64,000 nucleotides of DNA from an uncultured Candidatus Saccharibacteria bacterium (GTDB taxonomy: Bacteria > Patescibacteriota > Saccharimonadia > Saccharimonadales > Saccharimonadaceae), in contig CAOJGQ010000001.1 in NCBI GenBank assembly GCA_948435375.1, positions 34,949-98,948 on the forward strand, written 5' to 3'. The translations under genes were made by a program, and so were the position numbers. Below the pieces are notes generated by a model that saw nothing but the letters and a program-made list of their open reading frames with translations, searched no databases and was not told the DNA's origin. Numbering within the stretch: the stretch's first letter is position 1; every line of letters begins with the position of its first letter. Positions 51,955-60,947 of this stretch are shown in pieces.

Positions 51955-53191
51955 TAGCTTCTTGATAAATTTCCTCAAACCGTTTCAAAGTATAGTTTAA
52001 GTCATGCTTTTTTGCTACTTCAATACTTTTCGCACCGTATTTTTTAGCTAGCGTCTTGTCCTGCAAAATCCGCATCATCGCGTCAGTCATTTCATTAATA
52101 TCACCCGCCGTGCAAAGCAAACCATTTTTCTTATTTTGACAAAGTTCCCGCACCGCCCCAGCATCCACCGCCACCAGTGGCAATCCGGTCGCCGCTGCTT
52201 CGATCAGAACAATCCCTTGCGTCTCTGTTTCACTCGCCGTCGCAAACAAGTTCGCCACCCGATAAAGCTGCGCTGTATCCGGCATCATCACCCGACCCAA
52301 AAAACGCACTGATTTTTCAATCCCCAGAGACTCCGCCAGGTCCTGCAAATGTCGCCGATCAGTCCCATCCCCCGCAATCACGAGCAGGGCTTCCGGCATC
52401 TCCTCCAATACCCCCGCAAAAGCCATCACCACATTGCTTAAACTCTTCTCCGGGTCGACCCTACCAATGTAGAGCACAATTGGCCGATCTTGTGGTAAAT
52501 GATATTTCCGATAAAGTCTCGCCGGCGCCATGCCTGGACTAAATTTTGCTAGGTCCACTCCGTTCGACAGCGGTTCAACTTTGACATTAAACCTCTTCCG
52601 CCGCTTCGGCACCAAATCATCAATCGCCATCTCCGTCGGCATCGTCGCATATTCCGAATGCTTCAAAAAACTCGCCATATAGGCCCGAAGGACCACATCC
52701 AGCGGCTTTTTTATCGGTTTCAGAAGTCGCAGTTGGCTGGTAATATTGTCTGGATAAGCATGTCCCGTACTCACTAGTGGCACATCATTTTTCTTCGCAT
52801 AACGCCGTACCGCAATCGCTACCATTTCCGCCGTTTGATTATGAATCACGTCCGGTTGAAACTTGTCTAGCACCTTTTTTACAGCCGGATAAGGCTCTAC
52901 CGTAATCCATAAACCGTGCCGATAAGCCAGCCTCGGCAACGGCAAACCCAAGAATTCCTTACCATCCGGTACTTCATTAATCTGGTCCGGATAAAACGGA
53001 AAACGCACCGAGCGTAAATAAACCGTCGTCACACCATCCTGTTTTGTTCGATGCTTTTTACCATTAAAGCTCGGACAAATCACCAAAACTTCATGTCCCC
53101 GCTTCGCCAAACCCCTTGCCAAATTATGCGCAAACACTGCTACCCCATTCGTCATGGGATAATACAAATCCGAAGTAATCGCAATTCTCAT
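51923..53191 (-). CDS. Glycosyltransferase family 4 (GT-B)
   Basis: The N-terminus MRIAITSDLYYPMTNGVAVFAHNLARGLAKRGHEV and the EX7E region ASETETQGIVLIEAAATGLPLVAV are present. Its 3' end overlaps the convergent hydrolase gene by 32 nt. Confidence 0.8.
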   Translation of the reverse strand: MRIAITSDLYYPMTNGVAVFAHNLARGLAKRGHEVLVICPSFNGKKHRTKQDGVTTVYLRSVRFPFYPDQINEVPDGKEFLGLPLPRLAYRHGLWITVEPYPAVKKVLDKFQPDVIHNQTAEMVAIAVRRYAKKNDVPLVSTGHAYPDNITSQLRLLKPIKKPLDVVLRAYMASFLKHSEYATMPTEMAIDDLVPKRRKRFNVKVEPLSNGVDLAKFSPGMAPARLYRKYHLPQDRPIVLYIGRVDPEKSLSNVVMAFAGVLEEMPEALLVIAGDGTDRRHLQDLAESLGIEKSVRFLGRVMMPDTAQLYRVANLFATASETETQGIVLIEAAATGLPLVAVDAGAVRELCQNKKNGLLCTAGDINEMTDAMMRILQDKTLAKKYGAKSIEVAKKHDLNYTLKRFEEIYQEAIRLKTDRANQ

Positions 53192-53275
53192 AGCTTTAAT
53201 TATAACATATCCTAGCCATTTCCGAAAACTCTCCCTACCTCAATGCTCTTACCATATCTGTGGTATAATAGGACC

Positions 53276-53701
53276 ATGAAAAAGGCCAAAACTCCCGCCA
53301 CTGTCACAATCAATCGCCGCGCGCGCTATGATTATCAGCTCGGCGAAGAACTTTCCTGCGGCCTTGTTTTGTCCGGCCCTGAAGTTCGTCTGATCCGCGA
53401 TCATCATGTCCAGCTCAAAGGCTCCTTTGTCACCTTGAAGAATGGTGAACTTTGGCTCAACAATCTCACTCTAGGCGCCGAAACCACCAAAAACCTCAAG
53501 CTCCTCGTCACCAAGCGTCAACTTAATACCCTCGCACGCGCCAAACAAGACGGCCTTCAGATTGTTCCAGTTCGTTTGCTCGCTGGCGGTCGCTATATTA
53601 AGCTTATCGTCGCTACTGGTAAAAGCAAGAAAAAATACGATAAGCGCGAAACTATCAAAAAACGCGACCTCAGTCGCAACCTTAAACATCAACAATACTA
53701 A
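53276..53701 (+). CDS. smpB: SsrA-binding protein SmpB
   Basis: NRRARYDYQLGEELSCGLVLSGPEVRLIR... is canonical SmpB. ATG 53276 lies 6 nt after TGG-TATAAT (53264-53269). Confidence 0.92.
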   Translation: MKKAKTPATVTINRRARYDYQLGEELSCGLVLSGPEVRLIRDHHVQLKGSFVTLKNGELWLNNLTLGAETTKNLKLLVTKRQLNTLARAKQDGLQIVPVRLLAGGRYIKLIVATGKSKKKYDKRETIKKRDLSRNLKHQQY

Positions 53702-53721
53702 GAAATACCCCCTATCCCCCC

Positions 53722-53750
53722 ATTATACCACACTTATTTCAAAAAGTCAA
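53722..53750 (-). promoter_or_regulatory. Orphan sigma70-type promoter pointing antisense into the smpB 3' end (copy c of the repeated module)
   Basis: The minus strand reads TTGACT (53750-53745), a 17-nt spacer, then TGG-TATAAT (53727-53722). Confidence 0.5.
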
Positions 53751-53810
53751 TAGAAAATCGTTATTTCCGTTCTTTTTCCTTAAAATTGCTGCCTGTGATA
53801 TAATAAAAAC

Positions 53811-54611
53811 ATGCGAATTTACTCTTGGAACGTCAATGGCCTGCGCTCCGTCATCCGCAAAAGCGCCCTGCAAGAATTTATCGATGCCGAGCATCCTGAC
53901 ATCCTCTGCCTTCAGGAAACCAAAGCCAAACCCGGCCAAGCCGTTGTCGACTTGCCCGACTATCTCGAAATTTGGCACAGCGCCGAGCGCCCCGGTTATT
54001 CCGGCACTGCCGTTTTTACCAAATTCCAACCACTTTCCACCAGCGAGAATTTCAACACTTTTCCTGATATCAACAATTCTTTCACCACCGAAGACTGCTA
54101 CGGCAACCCTTTAATCGAAGGTCGCATCCAAACCCTCGAATTTCAGCCTTTTTTTCTCGTCAACGTCTATACCCCAAATAGCAAACGCGACCTCTCTCGC
54201 CTCAAACTGCGCGAAAACGTTTGGGATCCAGCCTTTTTACAATACCTCCGCCAACTCGAAGCTATCAAACCTGTCGTAGTTTGTGGCGATTTTAACGCCG
54301 CTCACACTCCGCTCGACCTCGCCCGACCAAAAGACAACGAGCGTAGCGCCGGCTTTACCGAAGAAGAACGTCAGGGAATCAAAAACCTGATCAGCGCCGG
54401 CTTTGTCGACACTTTCCGAGTTTTTTACCCAAATATCCAGCGCTACACTTGGTGGTCGCACTGGTCCAAATGCCGCGAACGCAACATCGGCTGGCGCATC
54501 GACTACTTCTTCATTTCTAACAGCCTCCTGCCCAATCTGAAAAGCGCCGAAATCTACGAGCATTTTCACGGCTCTGATCATTGCCCAATCTCGATCGATC
54601 TGGAGTTCTAA
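53811..54611 (+). CDS. xthA: Exodeoxyribonuclease III (AP endonuclease)
   Basis: It has MRIYSWNVNGLRS, DILCLQETK, VVCGDFNAAH and the C-terminal SDHCPISIDL. Confidence 0.92.
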   Translation: MRIYSWNVNGLRSVIRKSALQEFIDAEHPDILCLQETKAKPGQAVVDLPDYLEIWHSAERPGYSGTAVFTKFQPLSTSENFNTFPDINNSFTTEDCYGNPLIEGRIQTLEFQPFFLVNVYTPNSKRDLSRLKLRENVWDPAFLQYLRQLEAIKPVVVCGDFNAAHTPLDLARPKDNERSAGFTEEERQGIKNLISAGFVDTFRVFYPNIQRYTWWSHWSKCRERNIGWRIDYFFISNSLLPNLKSAEIYEHFHGSDHCPISIDLEF

Positions 54612-55459
54612 TGAATTTCGCTCTGCTAAGTTCCGATTTTTCCTACTGGCGAAAGCAAACTAAACCACTTTTTGAGGATTTATTTTGGAATATCCCAGAA
54701 CAAAAAACTAATCATATCGCAGTGGTCGGCGGCAATAGCCAAAACTTTTCCACGCCCGTTAAAATCTCCGAATATCTCACTCAAAGTTTTCCCTTCAAAA
54801 GCGTCGACACCTTTCTCCCCGACGTCTTACGCTCTAAGCTTCCACCTCTGCCCAATTTTTATTTCGTCAAATCCACTTTGGCCGGTAGCATTACCAAATC
54901 CCCTGAACTCGAAACCGCTTTCACAACACCCAATCTTCTGCTGGTCGGCGATTTGTCGAAAAACTCCGAAACTTCCATCGCTCTGTCTGAAACTCTCCAA
55001 TCCGCTCTCACCCAGACTTCGGAAACCGATCTCATGAATTCCAATCATCCCTTAAAACATTGTCTAATCACTCGCGACAGCGTTGACTCGCTGGCCGCTA
55101 GTGCTGCTGACTGGCTAGTCTTCCCGGAAATCATCCTCGTCGCCAGTATGGCGCAGCTCCAAAAAGTTTTTCGTGCCGCTTATTATCCTAAAATGATCAT
55201 GCTTTCCCAACCCCTAATCCCAGCCATCGAAACTCTGCACAAATTCACTCTCACTTATCCGCTCACTATCCTTACTTTCCACCAAGAAAACATCATCGTC
55301 GCGCACGGTGGTCAGATCGTCACCACCCATATCGTCGATACCTCCTATTCACCCATCTCGCTCTGGTCCGGTGAACTAGCCGCAAACATTGTCGCGCTGA
55401 ACACTTACAATCCTAATCAACCACTTGCTGCCACAGCCGCTGCAATTTTCTATAAATAG
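54611..55459 (+). CDS. Hypothetical protein, divergent YjeF-C/ribokinase-fold-like
   Basis: ATG 54611 overlaps the xth stop (TAATG). HIAVVGGNSQNFSTP and the C-terminal SLWSGELAANIVAL loosely resemble the GG...GSGDVLAGII pattern of NAD(P)HX dehydratases. The similarity is weak. Confidence 0.3.
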   Translation: MNFALLSSDFSYWRKQTKPLFEDLFWNIPEQKTNHIAVVGGNSQNFSTPVKISEYLTQSFPFKSVDTFLPDVLRSKLPPLPNFYFVKSTLAGSITKSPELETAFTTPNLLLVGDLSKNSETSIALSETLQSALTQTSETDLMNSNHPLKHCLITRDSVDSLAASAADWLVFPEIILVASMAQLQKVFRAAYYPKMIMLSQPLIPAIETLHKFTLTYPLTILTFHQENIIVAHGGQIVTTHIVDTSYSPISLWSGELAANIVALNTYNPNQPLAATAAAIFYK

Positions 55460-55465
55460 CCCTAT

Positions 55466-56758
55466 TTAGTTTGCGCCCTCATCATCGGCATCATCCCCCT
55501 TCTTTGCTGGCTTTGCCGTCTTCGCCGCGCGCTTAGCCTTCTGGCGTACGCGCCGATTAGCGATCACCTGTTCATAAACCTTCAGAAGATTCTTAATCTG
55601 CGCCGCCTGCGCAACCTCTCCTCGCGCATCCAGCATCACCTGACTCATTTTTTCAATCTGCTCTGCCGGCAAATGATTCAAAGTAATCGCAATTGCTTCT
55701 GGCTCTGGACCGCCCGCCAGCACAAAACTATCGCTCGGCACCACCTCAACCATCGCCGGATCGCAAAACAACACTGGCAAACCAGTCGCTTCTGCCTCCA
55801 GCAAAGTCATTCCCTGCGTATCAAAATTATACGACGTCATCACACCAAGATGCGACTCGCCCATTCTCTCCAAAATTTTCACACGCTTGCGCTGCCCATA
55901 AAATTTCACTTTCAAATCATGTTTTTTTGCAAACCGCTGCGCCTTTTTAAAGTCATTTCCTTCACCATAAACTGCCAAAAGGTATGGGCGTTCCAACATC
56001 GTCAGTGCCTCCAAAAACGGCATCATCCGCTTCTCGCGCGACACCCGCGAATTCCAAATCATTTTCAGTACATCGCCATCTTGCATTTTACGTACCGGGA
56101 ATTTCGCTTTCAAAAGTTCCGTCGACACACCATTCGACACTACGACGAGTGGCTTTGTCACACCATAATGCATCAATTTCCGCGCAAAATGATCCGACGG
56201 CGCAATCACCATATCTGCCTGTTCCGCCTGATTAACCATCAGTTCCCACATTTTCGCTCGCGCCTTAGTTGGCGCCTGAAACTTATCGCGTTTCACATCG
56301 AGAAGATGTGGCAAATATTCCGCATGCTTCTTACACAAAACCTTCGCCGCCATTTTTTTCCACGGTCGCGGCACATTAATCGCAATCGCCATATCCTCAC
56401 GCCCGTGCATCGTCTGCACCAACGGAATACCAAACCGCCGCGCCAACCGCACGCCCGCAATGCTACATTCTGCTTCATAATGTACATGCACTACGTCAAA
56501 TTCCGCAAAATTCGGCACTTTCTCCAAGACAAACTCTTCGACTTTTTCCGGACGTTTTGCAAGACGCGCTTTATTAATTCGCCAGACGCGACAAGTCGGA
56601 ACATTGATCACGTTTTTTTCTCGCGCATCAACCCCCGGACAAAAAACAATCACTTCGTGTCCTAACTTCTCGAGCTCATCTTTCTGTGCTTTTACCGACG
56701 AAGGAATTCCTCCGACCGCCCAAGGCGCATAAAGATCCGTAAAAATCGCAATCCTCAT
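55466..56758 (-). CDS. Glycosyltransferase family 4 (GT-B) with a Lys/Ala-rich C-terminal tail
   Basis: It has MRIAIFTDLYAPWAVGGIPSSVKAQKDELEKLGHEV and the EX7E-like segment TSYNFDTQGMTLLEAEATGLPVLF. I chose ATG 56758. Confidence 0.8.
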   Translation of the reverse strand: MRIAIFTDLYAPWAVGGIPSSVKAQKDELEKLGHEVIVFCPGVDAREKNVINVPTCRVWRINKARLAKRPEKVEEFVLEKVPNFAEFDVVHVHYEAECSIAGVRLARRFGIPLVQTMHGREDMAIAINVPRPWKKMAAKVLCKKHAEYLPHLLDVKRDKFQAPTKARAKMWELMVNQAEQADMVIAPSDHFARKLMHYGVTKPLVVVSNGVSTELLKAKFPVRKMQDGDVLKMIWNSRVSREKRMMPFLEALTMLERPYLLAVYGEGNDFKKAQRFAKKHDLKVKFYGQRKRVKILERMGESHLGVMTSYNFDTQGMTLLEAEATGLPVLFCDPAMVEVVPSDSFVLAGGPEPEAIAITLNHLPAEQIEKMSQVMLDARGEVAQAAQIKNLLKVYEQVIANRRVRQKAKRAAKTAKPAKKGDDADDEGAN

Positions 56759-56855
56759 ACCGTTATTATAACAGATAACTTCCCAAAAGTACAAACTTAA
56801 CCACTTTTCAAAATCATCATTTTACAGTTTATCTGAAACCCTGTATACTGAAACC

Positions 56856-57854
56856 ATGGAAAACTATACAACATACCGCACGGCGGAAAGCGTTTCGCCA
56901 AAGCATCCCGACAAACTTTGTGACCAAATCTCAGACGCAATCTTGGATGCTTATTTATCAACCGACCCGCACGCTCGCGTCGCAGTCGAAACTTGTGGTG
57001 GGCACGGCATAGTCTTCATAGTCGGCGAAATCACCTCCACCAGCCCCGAAATCGACATCCCCTCAATCGTCTACCGCATTACCGGCGATTCGTCACTCAA
57101 AGTTCACGTCAACATCGTGCGCCAAAGCCCCGAAATCGCGAATGGTGTCGATACTGGCGGCGCTGGCGACCAGGGAATCATGATCGGTTACGCTACCCAC
57201 GAAACCCCAGAAATGTTGCCTCGCGAAGTAGTCCTCTCAAGACGGCTCAACCAATTTATTTTCGCCCAGCATCCTTACGACGGCAAAACCCAAATTACGC
57301 TCAGTGATATGACGAGCGGCTCATGCATCGAATCAATCGTCGCGAGTTTTCAAAATGTACCACAAAACGAACTTCGAAAACTAGTCGAAGATTTTATCAA
57401 ACAAGAAAATCTCGACCAAAATAATCCTACCATTACTCTACACATTAATCCCGCCGGCGATTGGCAACAAGGCGGCTTCGAAGCTGACACCGGACTCACT
57501 GGCCGCAAACTCGTTGTCGACAACTATGGCCCCCGCATTCCAATTGGCGGCGGCTGTTTTTCCGGCAAAGACGCTTCAAAAGTCGATCGTTCCGCTGCCT
57601 ACATGGCTCGTCGTATTGCAGTCGACTATTTACGCGATCGTCATGCTCACGAAGTTTTTGTCCGCCTCGCCTACGCCATCGGTTACGCTGAACCACTTGA
57701 ACGCACCGTGATTATTGACGGCAAAACCGAGCAAATCACTGACTACGATCTCACTCCGCAGGGAATTATCCAGCACCTCAACTTGCTTCGCCCATTTTAT
57801 GAAGAGACCGCTCGTTATGGACACTTTGGCGAAGGTTTTGATTGGGATAAATAA
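56856..57854 (+). CDS. metK: S-adenosylmethionine synthetase (compact, 332 aa)
   Basis: It has SPKHPDKLCDQISDAILD, GAGDQGIMIGYA, DTGLTGRKLVVDNYG and GGGCFSGKDASKVDRSAAY. ATG 56856 lies 6 nt after TGTATACT. Confidence 0.92.
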   Translation: MENYTTYRTAESVSPKHPDKLCDQISDAILDAYLSTDPHARVAVETCGGHGIVFIVGEITSTSPEIDIPSIVYRITGDSSLKVHVNIVRQSPEIANGVDTGGAGDQGIMIGYATHETPEMLPREVVLSRRLNQFIFAQHPYDGKTQITLSDMTSGSCIESIVASFQNVPQNELRKLVEDFIKQENLDQNNPTITLHINPAGDWQQGGFEADTGLTGRKLVVDNYGPRIPIGGGCFSGKDASKVDRSAAYMARRIAVDYLRDRHAHEVFVRLAYAIGYAEPLERTVIIDGKTEQITDYDLTPQGIIQHLNLLRPFYEETARYGHFGEGFDWDK

Positions 57855-57924
57855 TCACTGTATTAATACATTCATACAAGATCCCGATTTTATCACTAAA
57901 ATTCGTACAAATTTCTCACTTTCT

Positions 57925-57966
57925 GGCGCAAATTCGTACAAAATTTGCGCCTTTTTGTTGTTTTTT
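57925..57966 (+). terminator. Rho-independent terminator after metK
   Basis: A 10-bp stem pairs GGCGCAAATT (57925-57934) with AATTTGCGCC (57942-57951). It is followed by TTTTTGTTGTTTTTT. Confidence 0.75.
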
Positions 57967-57980
57967 ATTCCAAAAGTAGT

Positions 57981-58010
57981 ATTATTGTATTAAGGAAATA
58001 ATACAATAAT
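57981..58010. promoter_or_regulatory. Palindromic operator candidate overlapping the RBS and start of the GntR gene
   Basis: ATTATTGTATTA (57981-57992) is separated by AGGAAA from TAATACAATAAT (57999-58010). These are perfect 12-bp arms, and the ATG is at 58009. Confidence 0.5.
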
Positions 58011-58374
58011 GGTTTTTTATTTTAATAACGAACGTCCAATTTATCTCCAACTAGTCGAACAACTCGAACTATATATTGTTTCGGGGCGTCTTGAGCCGGA
58101 CGAAAAACTGCCGTCCGTCCGTGAACTCGCCGCTGAAGCCAAAGTAAACCCCAACACCATGCAACGCGCGCTTATTGAACTAGAAAATCGCGAATTGGTT
58201 TATAGCATGCGCACTAGCGGCCGCTATGTCACCAACGACTCCGTCTTCCTTACTGAACGTCGCGAAGCACTCGCCCGTGCCAAAATCCGTCAATTCCTCG
58301 GCGAAGTGCACGAACTTAATTTAGATTCAGCTGAAATCATTAATTTAATTACTCAAGAAGGAGGCCAAGAGTGA
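58009..58374 (+). CDS. GntR-family transcriptional regulator (YtrA-like, short)
   Basis: The 121-aa winged-HTH protein has ERPIYLQLVEQLELYIVSGRLEPDEKLPSVRELAAEAKVNPNTMQRALIELE. Confidence 0.85.
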   Translation: MVFYFNNERPIYLQLVEQLELYIVSGRLEPDEKLPSVRELAAEAKVNPNTMQRALIELENRELVYSMRTSGRYVTNDSVFLTERREALARAKIRQFLGEVHELNLDSAEIINLITQEGGQE

Positions 58375-59081
58375 CAGAGTTACTCGAATATCAACAAGTA
58401 TCCAAAACCTTTGGAAAGCAAAAAGTCCTAGACAACATTAATCTCAAAATTCCCGCTGGAAAGATTGTTGGTCTACTCGGACAAAACGGCGCCGGCAAAT
58501 CTACTCTCATCAAACTTGCGAATGATCTGACTACACCAGACCAAGGCAAAATTCTTTTTGCCGGGCAACCAATCAGCCTTTCTAGTAAAGCTGCCATTTC
58601 GTACCTGCCCGAACGAACCTACCTTAATAAAAATCTAACTATCGCTGCCACATTCAAACTTTTTAATGAGTTCTATAATAACTTCGATATGCAAAAAGCT
58701 GAACAGATCATTTATGAACTCGGCCTGCGGTCTGAGAAACGCATTGCTAAGATGAGCAAAGGTATGCAAGAAAAATTACAACTTGCTCTCGTCATGAGCC
58801 GTAACGCCAAGCTCTATATTCTTGACGAACCACTCGGGGGCATTGATCCGGCCACACGTGATTTTATCCTTGATACTATCCTTTCTAATTTTGCTCAAGG
58901 TTCCAGTGTCTTGATTTCTACCCATCTTATCGCCGATATCGAGCGCATCCTCGACGAAGTCATTTTTATCGACCATGGCAAGATTATCTTGACCGCTAAC
59001 GCCGACCAACTGCGTAATAAACATCATGCTTCTATCGACAAAATTTTTCGCCAAACCTTCAAAGCTAACTTAAAACACTAA
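58371..59081 (+). CDS. ABC transporter ATP-binding protein
   Basis: It has Walker A (GQNGAGKST), the signature MSKGMQEKLQLA and Walker B (LYILDEPLGG). The GTG start overlaps the GntR stop. Confidence 0.88.
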   Translation: MTELLEYQQVSKTFGKQKVLDNINLKIPAGKIVGLLGQNGAGKSTLIKLANDLTTPDQGKILFAGQPISLSSKAAISYLPERTYLNKNLTIAATFKLFNEFYNNFDMQKAEQIIYELGLRSEKRIAKMSKGMQEKLQLALVMSRNAKLYILDEPLGGIDPATRDFILDTILSNFAQGSSVLISTHLIADIERILDEVIFIDHGKIILTANADQLRNKHHASIDKIFRQTFKANLKH

Positions 59082-59083
59082 AT

Positions 59084-59945
59084 ATGGAAAAGGGAATTAT
59101 GTTTTTTAAATCTAGTCAAATACGACCTCAAATTCATTCTCAAAACCGTCTTAATCTATGCCATCCTCCTATTGCTCAGTGCCGCGCTGCATAATCTCAC
59201 ATCTTATGGATACACGCCGACCACTATGGATCCCTCCACAGGTCAAATCTTCGGCGGCGAACCTGACGCTTCAATCCTCATCCAAATCCTTCATACAGTG
59301 TTTTATAACGCCGTCATTGCTATGCTGATTGCACTTCTGCTCAACACTATCATTCGTACATGGGCACGTTTTAAACTTAATTTTTATAGCGATGAAGCCT
59401 ATCTTACGCACACTCTGCCTGTCACTCGTAGTCTACTCTGGGTAAGCAAATGTTTTAGCGCTGCTGTCGTCATCGTCACTGTCATCGCAGTTACCGGCTT
59501 AGCCTGCGCTCTCCTTAATCTCACCCCTACCGGTCAAGGTTTAGCTGGCGCATTTGGCGTGGTCAAAGACGCACCATTCTCATACTACCTCGCATATATC
59601 CTAGGCGTCTTTACGCAATTCTCCTTCATCACGCTGTGTGGTTTCGTTGGCATTATTATCGGCTACCGTTTTCAAAATCACCATATTTTACGCGCCATCT
59701 TAGCAGGATTTGGTATCTACTTACTGAGTATTCTATTTATGTTTAGTATTATGCTTTTCTGGGGAAACTTTGATACTAGCATTCAAATGGGGATCTTTGA
59801 GCAAGTCGAGAATCCGCATGAGTTCTTTAGCTGGGGATTTATTAGCAAAATACTCTCTTACATGACTTTTATCTATGCTGTAGAAATCGCCATTCTGTAC
59901 TGCGTCGGTTATAAATTACTTCGGCATGGTATCAACCTCGACTAA
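59084..59945 (+). pseudogene. ABC-associated membrane protein with an apparent one-base frameshift in a T6 run near the 5' end
   Basis: ATG 59084 or 59099 opens a frame that terminates after about 36 codons. The long ORF (frame of 59172..59945) is open from 59082 but has no canonical start before TTG 59172. Removing one T from 59102-59107 gives MFLNLVKYDLKFILKTVLIYAILLLLSAAL, a normal first TM helix. Confidence 0.5.
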
Positions 59946-60054
59946 ATACATCAGCTATGATATAATGAATCTATTATGACCTCCCCCGAAAATCATAGCC
60001 CATAGCCCAATTTATTTCCAATTCTAGTTTGTTTATAATTAATCGAAAGGAAAT

Positions 60055-60945
60055 ATGAGTCTAGTCCTCGAACATGTTTCAAAAAACTTTGCCGGACATC
60101 AAGCCGTCCAAGATCTTTCTCTCACGCTTGACCAGCCCGCCATTTTCGGTCTCCTTGGCACCAACGGCGCCGGCAAAACCACTACCATTCGCATGATTCT
60201 CGGAATCATCACCAAAGACCAAGGCAAAATCACCTGGAACAATCAACCCGTCACCCGCAAATCCGTCAACTTCGGTTATCTCCCTGAAGAACGCGGAATT
60301 TACCCCAAAATCAAAACTTGCGACCAGCTAGCTTATTTCGCCAAGCTCAAAGGTATGGACCAAGCTTCTGCTGCCGAATCGATCAACCATTGGGCCAAAC
60401 GCCTCAAAGTCGAAGAATATCTCAATCTACCAGCAGAAAAATTATCCAAAGGCAACCAACAAAAAATCCAATTCATCGCTGCCATTTTGCACGATCCTGA
60501 CCTTATCATCCTCGACGAGCCTTTTAGTGGCCTCGATCCAGTCAACACTGAACTACTCAAAAACGTCATTATCGACCTGTCGAAAAAGGGCAAATATATC
60601 ATTATGTCCACCCACCAAATGTCGGTAATTGAAGAATTTTGCACCAGTGTTTTGATTCTAAATCGCGGCAAAACCGTCCTACAAGGAAATCTACGCGAAA
60701 TAAAATCACACTACCCTGCCAATCGTCTTATTATTAGCGCCGATGAAGATATTACAAAATTCCTCAATGCCGCCAAACTCAAAATCGAATTCAACAAAAA
60801 TCTCCAATACACGGTTCGAATTCCCAACGAAACTGCCGCTCATCAACTTTTGCGCGACCTGATTCAGCAAAACGTTACCATCAACGAATTCATCATCCAA
60901 AAACCAACTCTAAACGATATTTTTATCGAGAAAGTTGAACAATAA
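60055..60945 (+). CDS. ABC-2 type transporter ATP-binding protein (NatA-like)
   Basis: It has Walker A (GTNGAGKTT), the signature LSKGNQQKIQFI and Walker B (LIILDEPFSGLD). Confidence 0.9.
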   Translation: MSLVLEHVSKNFAGHQAVQDLSLTLDQPAIFGLLGTNGAGKTTTIRMILGIITKDQGKITWNNQPVTRKSVNFGYLPEERGIYPKIKTCDQLAYFAKLKGMDQASAAESINHWAKRLKVEEYLNLPAEKLSKGNQQKIQFIAAILHDPDLIILDEPFSGLDPVNTELLKNVIIDLSKKGKYIIMSTHQMSVIEEFCTSVLILNRGKTVLQGNLREIKSHYPANRLIISADEDITKFLNAAKLKIEFNKNLQYTVRIPNETAAHQLLRDLIQQNVTINEFIIQKPTLNDIFIEKVEQ

Positions 60946-60947
60946 TC

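Noticed and set aside
53702-53810. I searched for ssrA (tmRNA) next to smpB.
   Set aside because: Only 109 nt separate smpB from xth, which is far too short for a ~350-nt tmRNA, and there is no GGGGCUGA-type 5' end. The tmRNA gene must be elsewhere.
55673-56665. A 330-aa plus-strand ORF, very His/Arg-rich.
   Set aside because: It lies entirely antisense to a well-supported GT4 gene, and its composition is typical of a shadow frame. The same reasoning applies to 37827..38672, 38021..38428, 18828..19445, 20094..20612, 23206..23790, 26099..26677, 11932..12525, 3874..4254, 41734..42222 and the other overlapping track ORFs.
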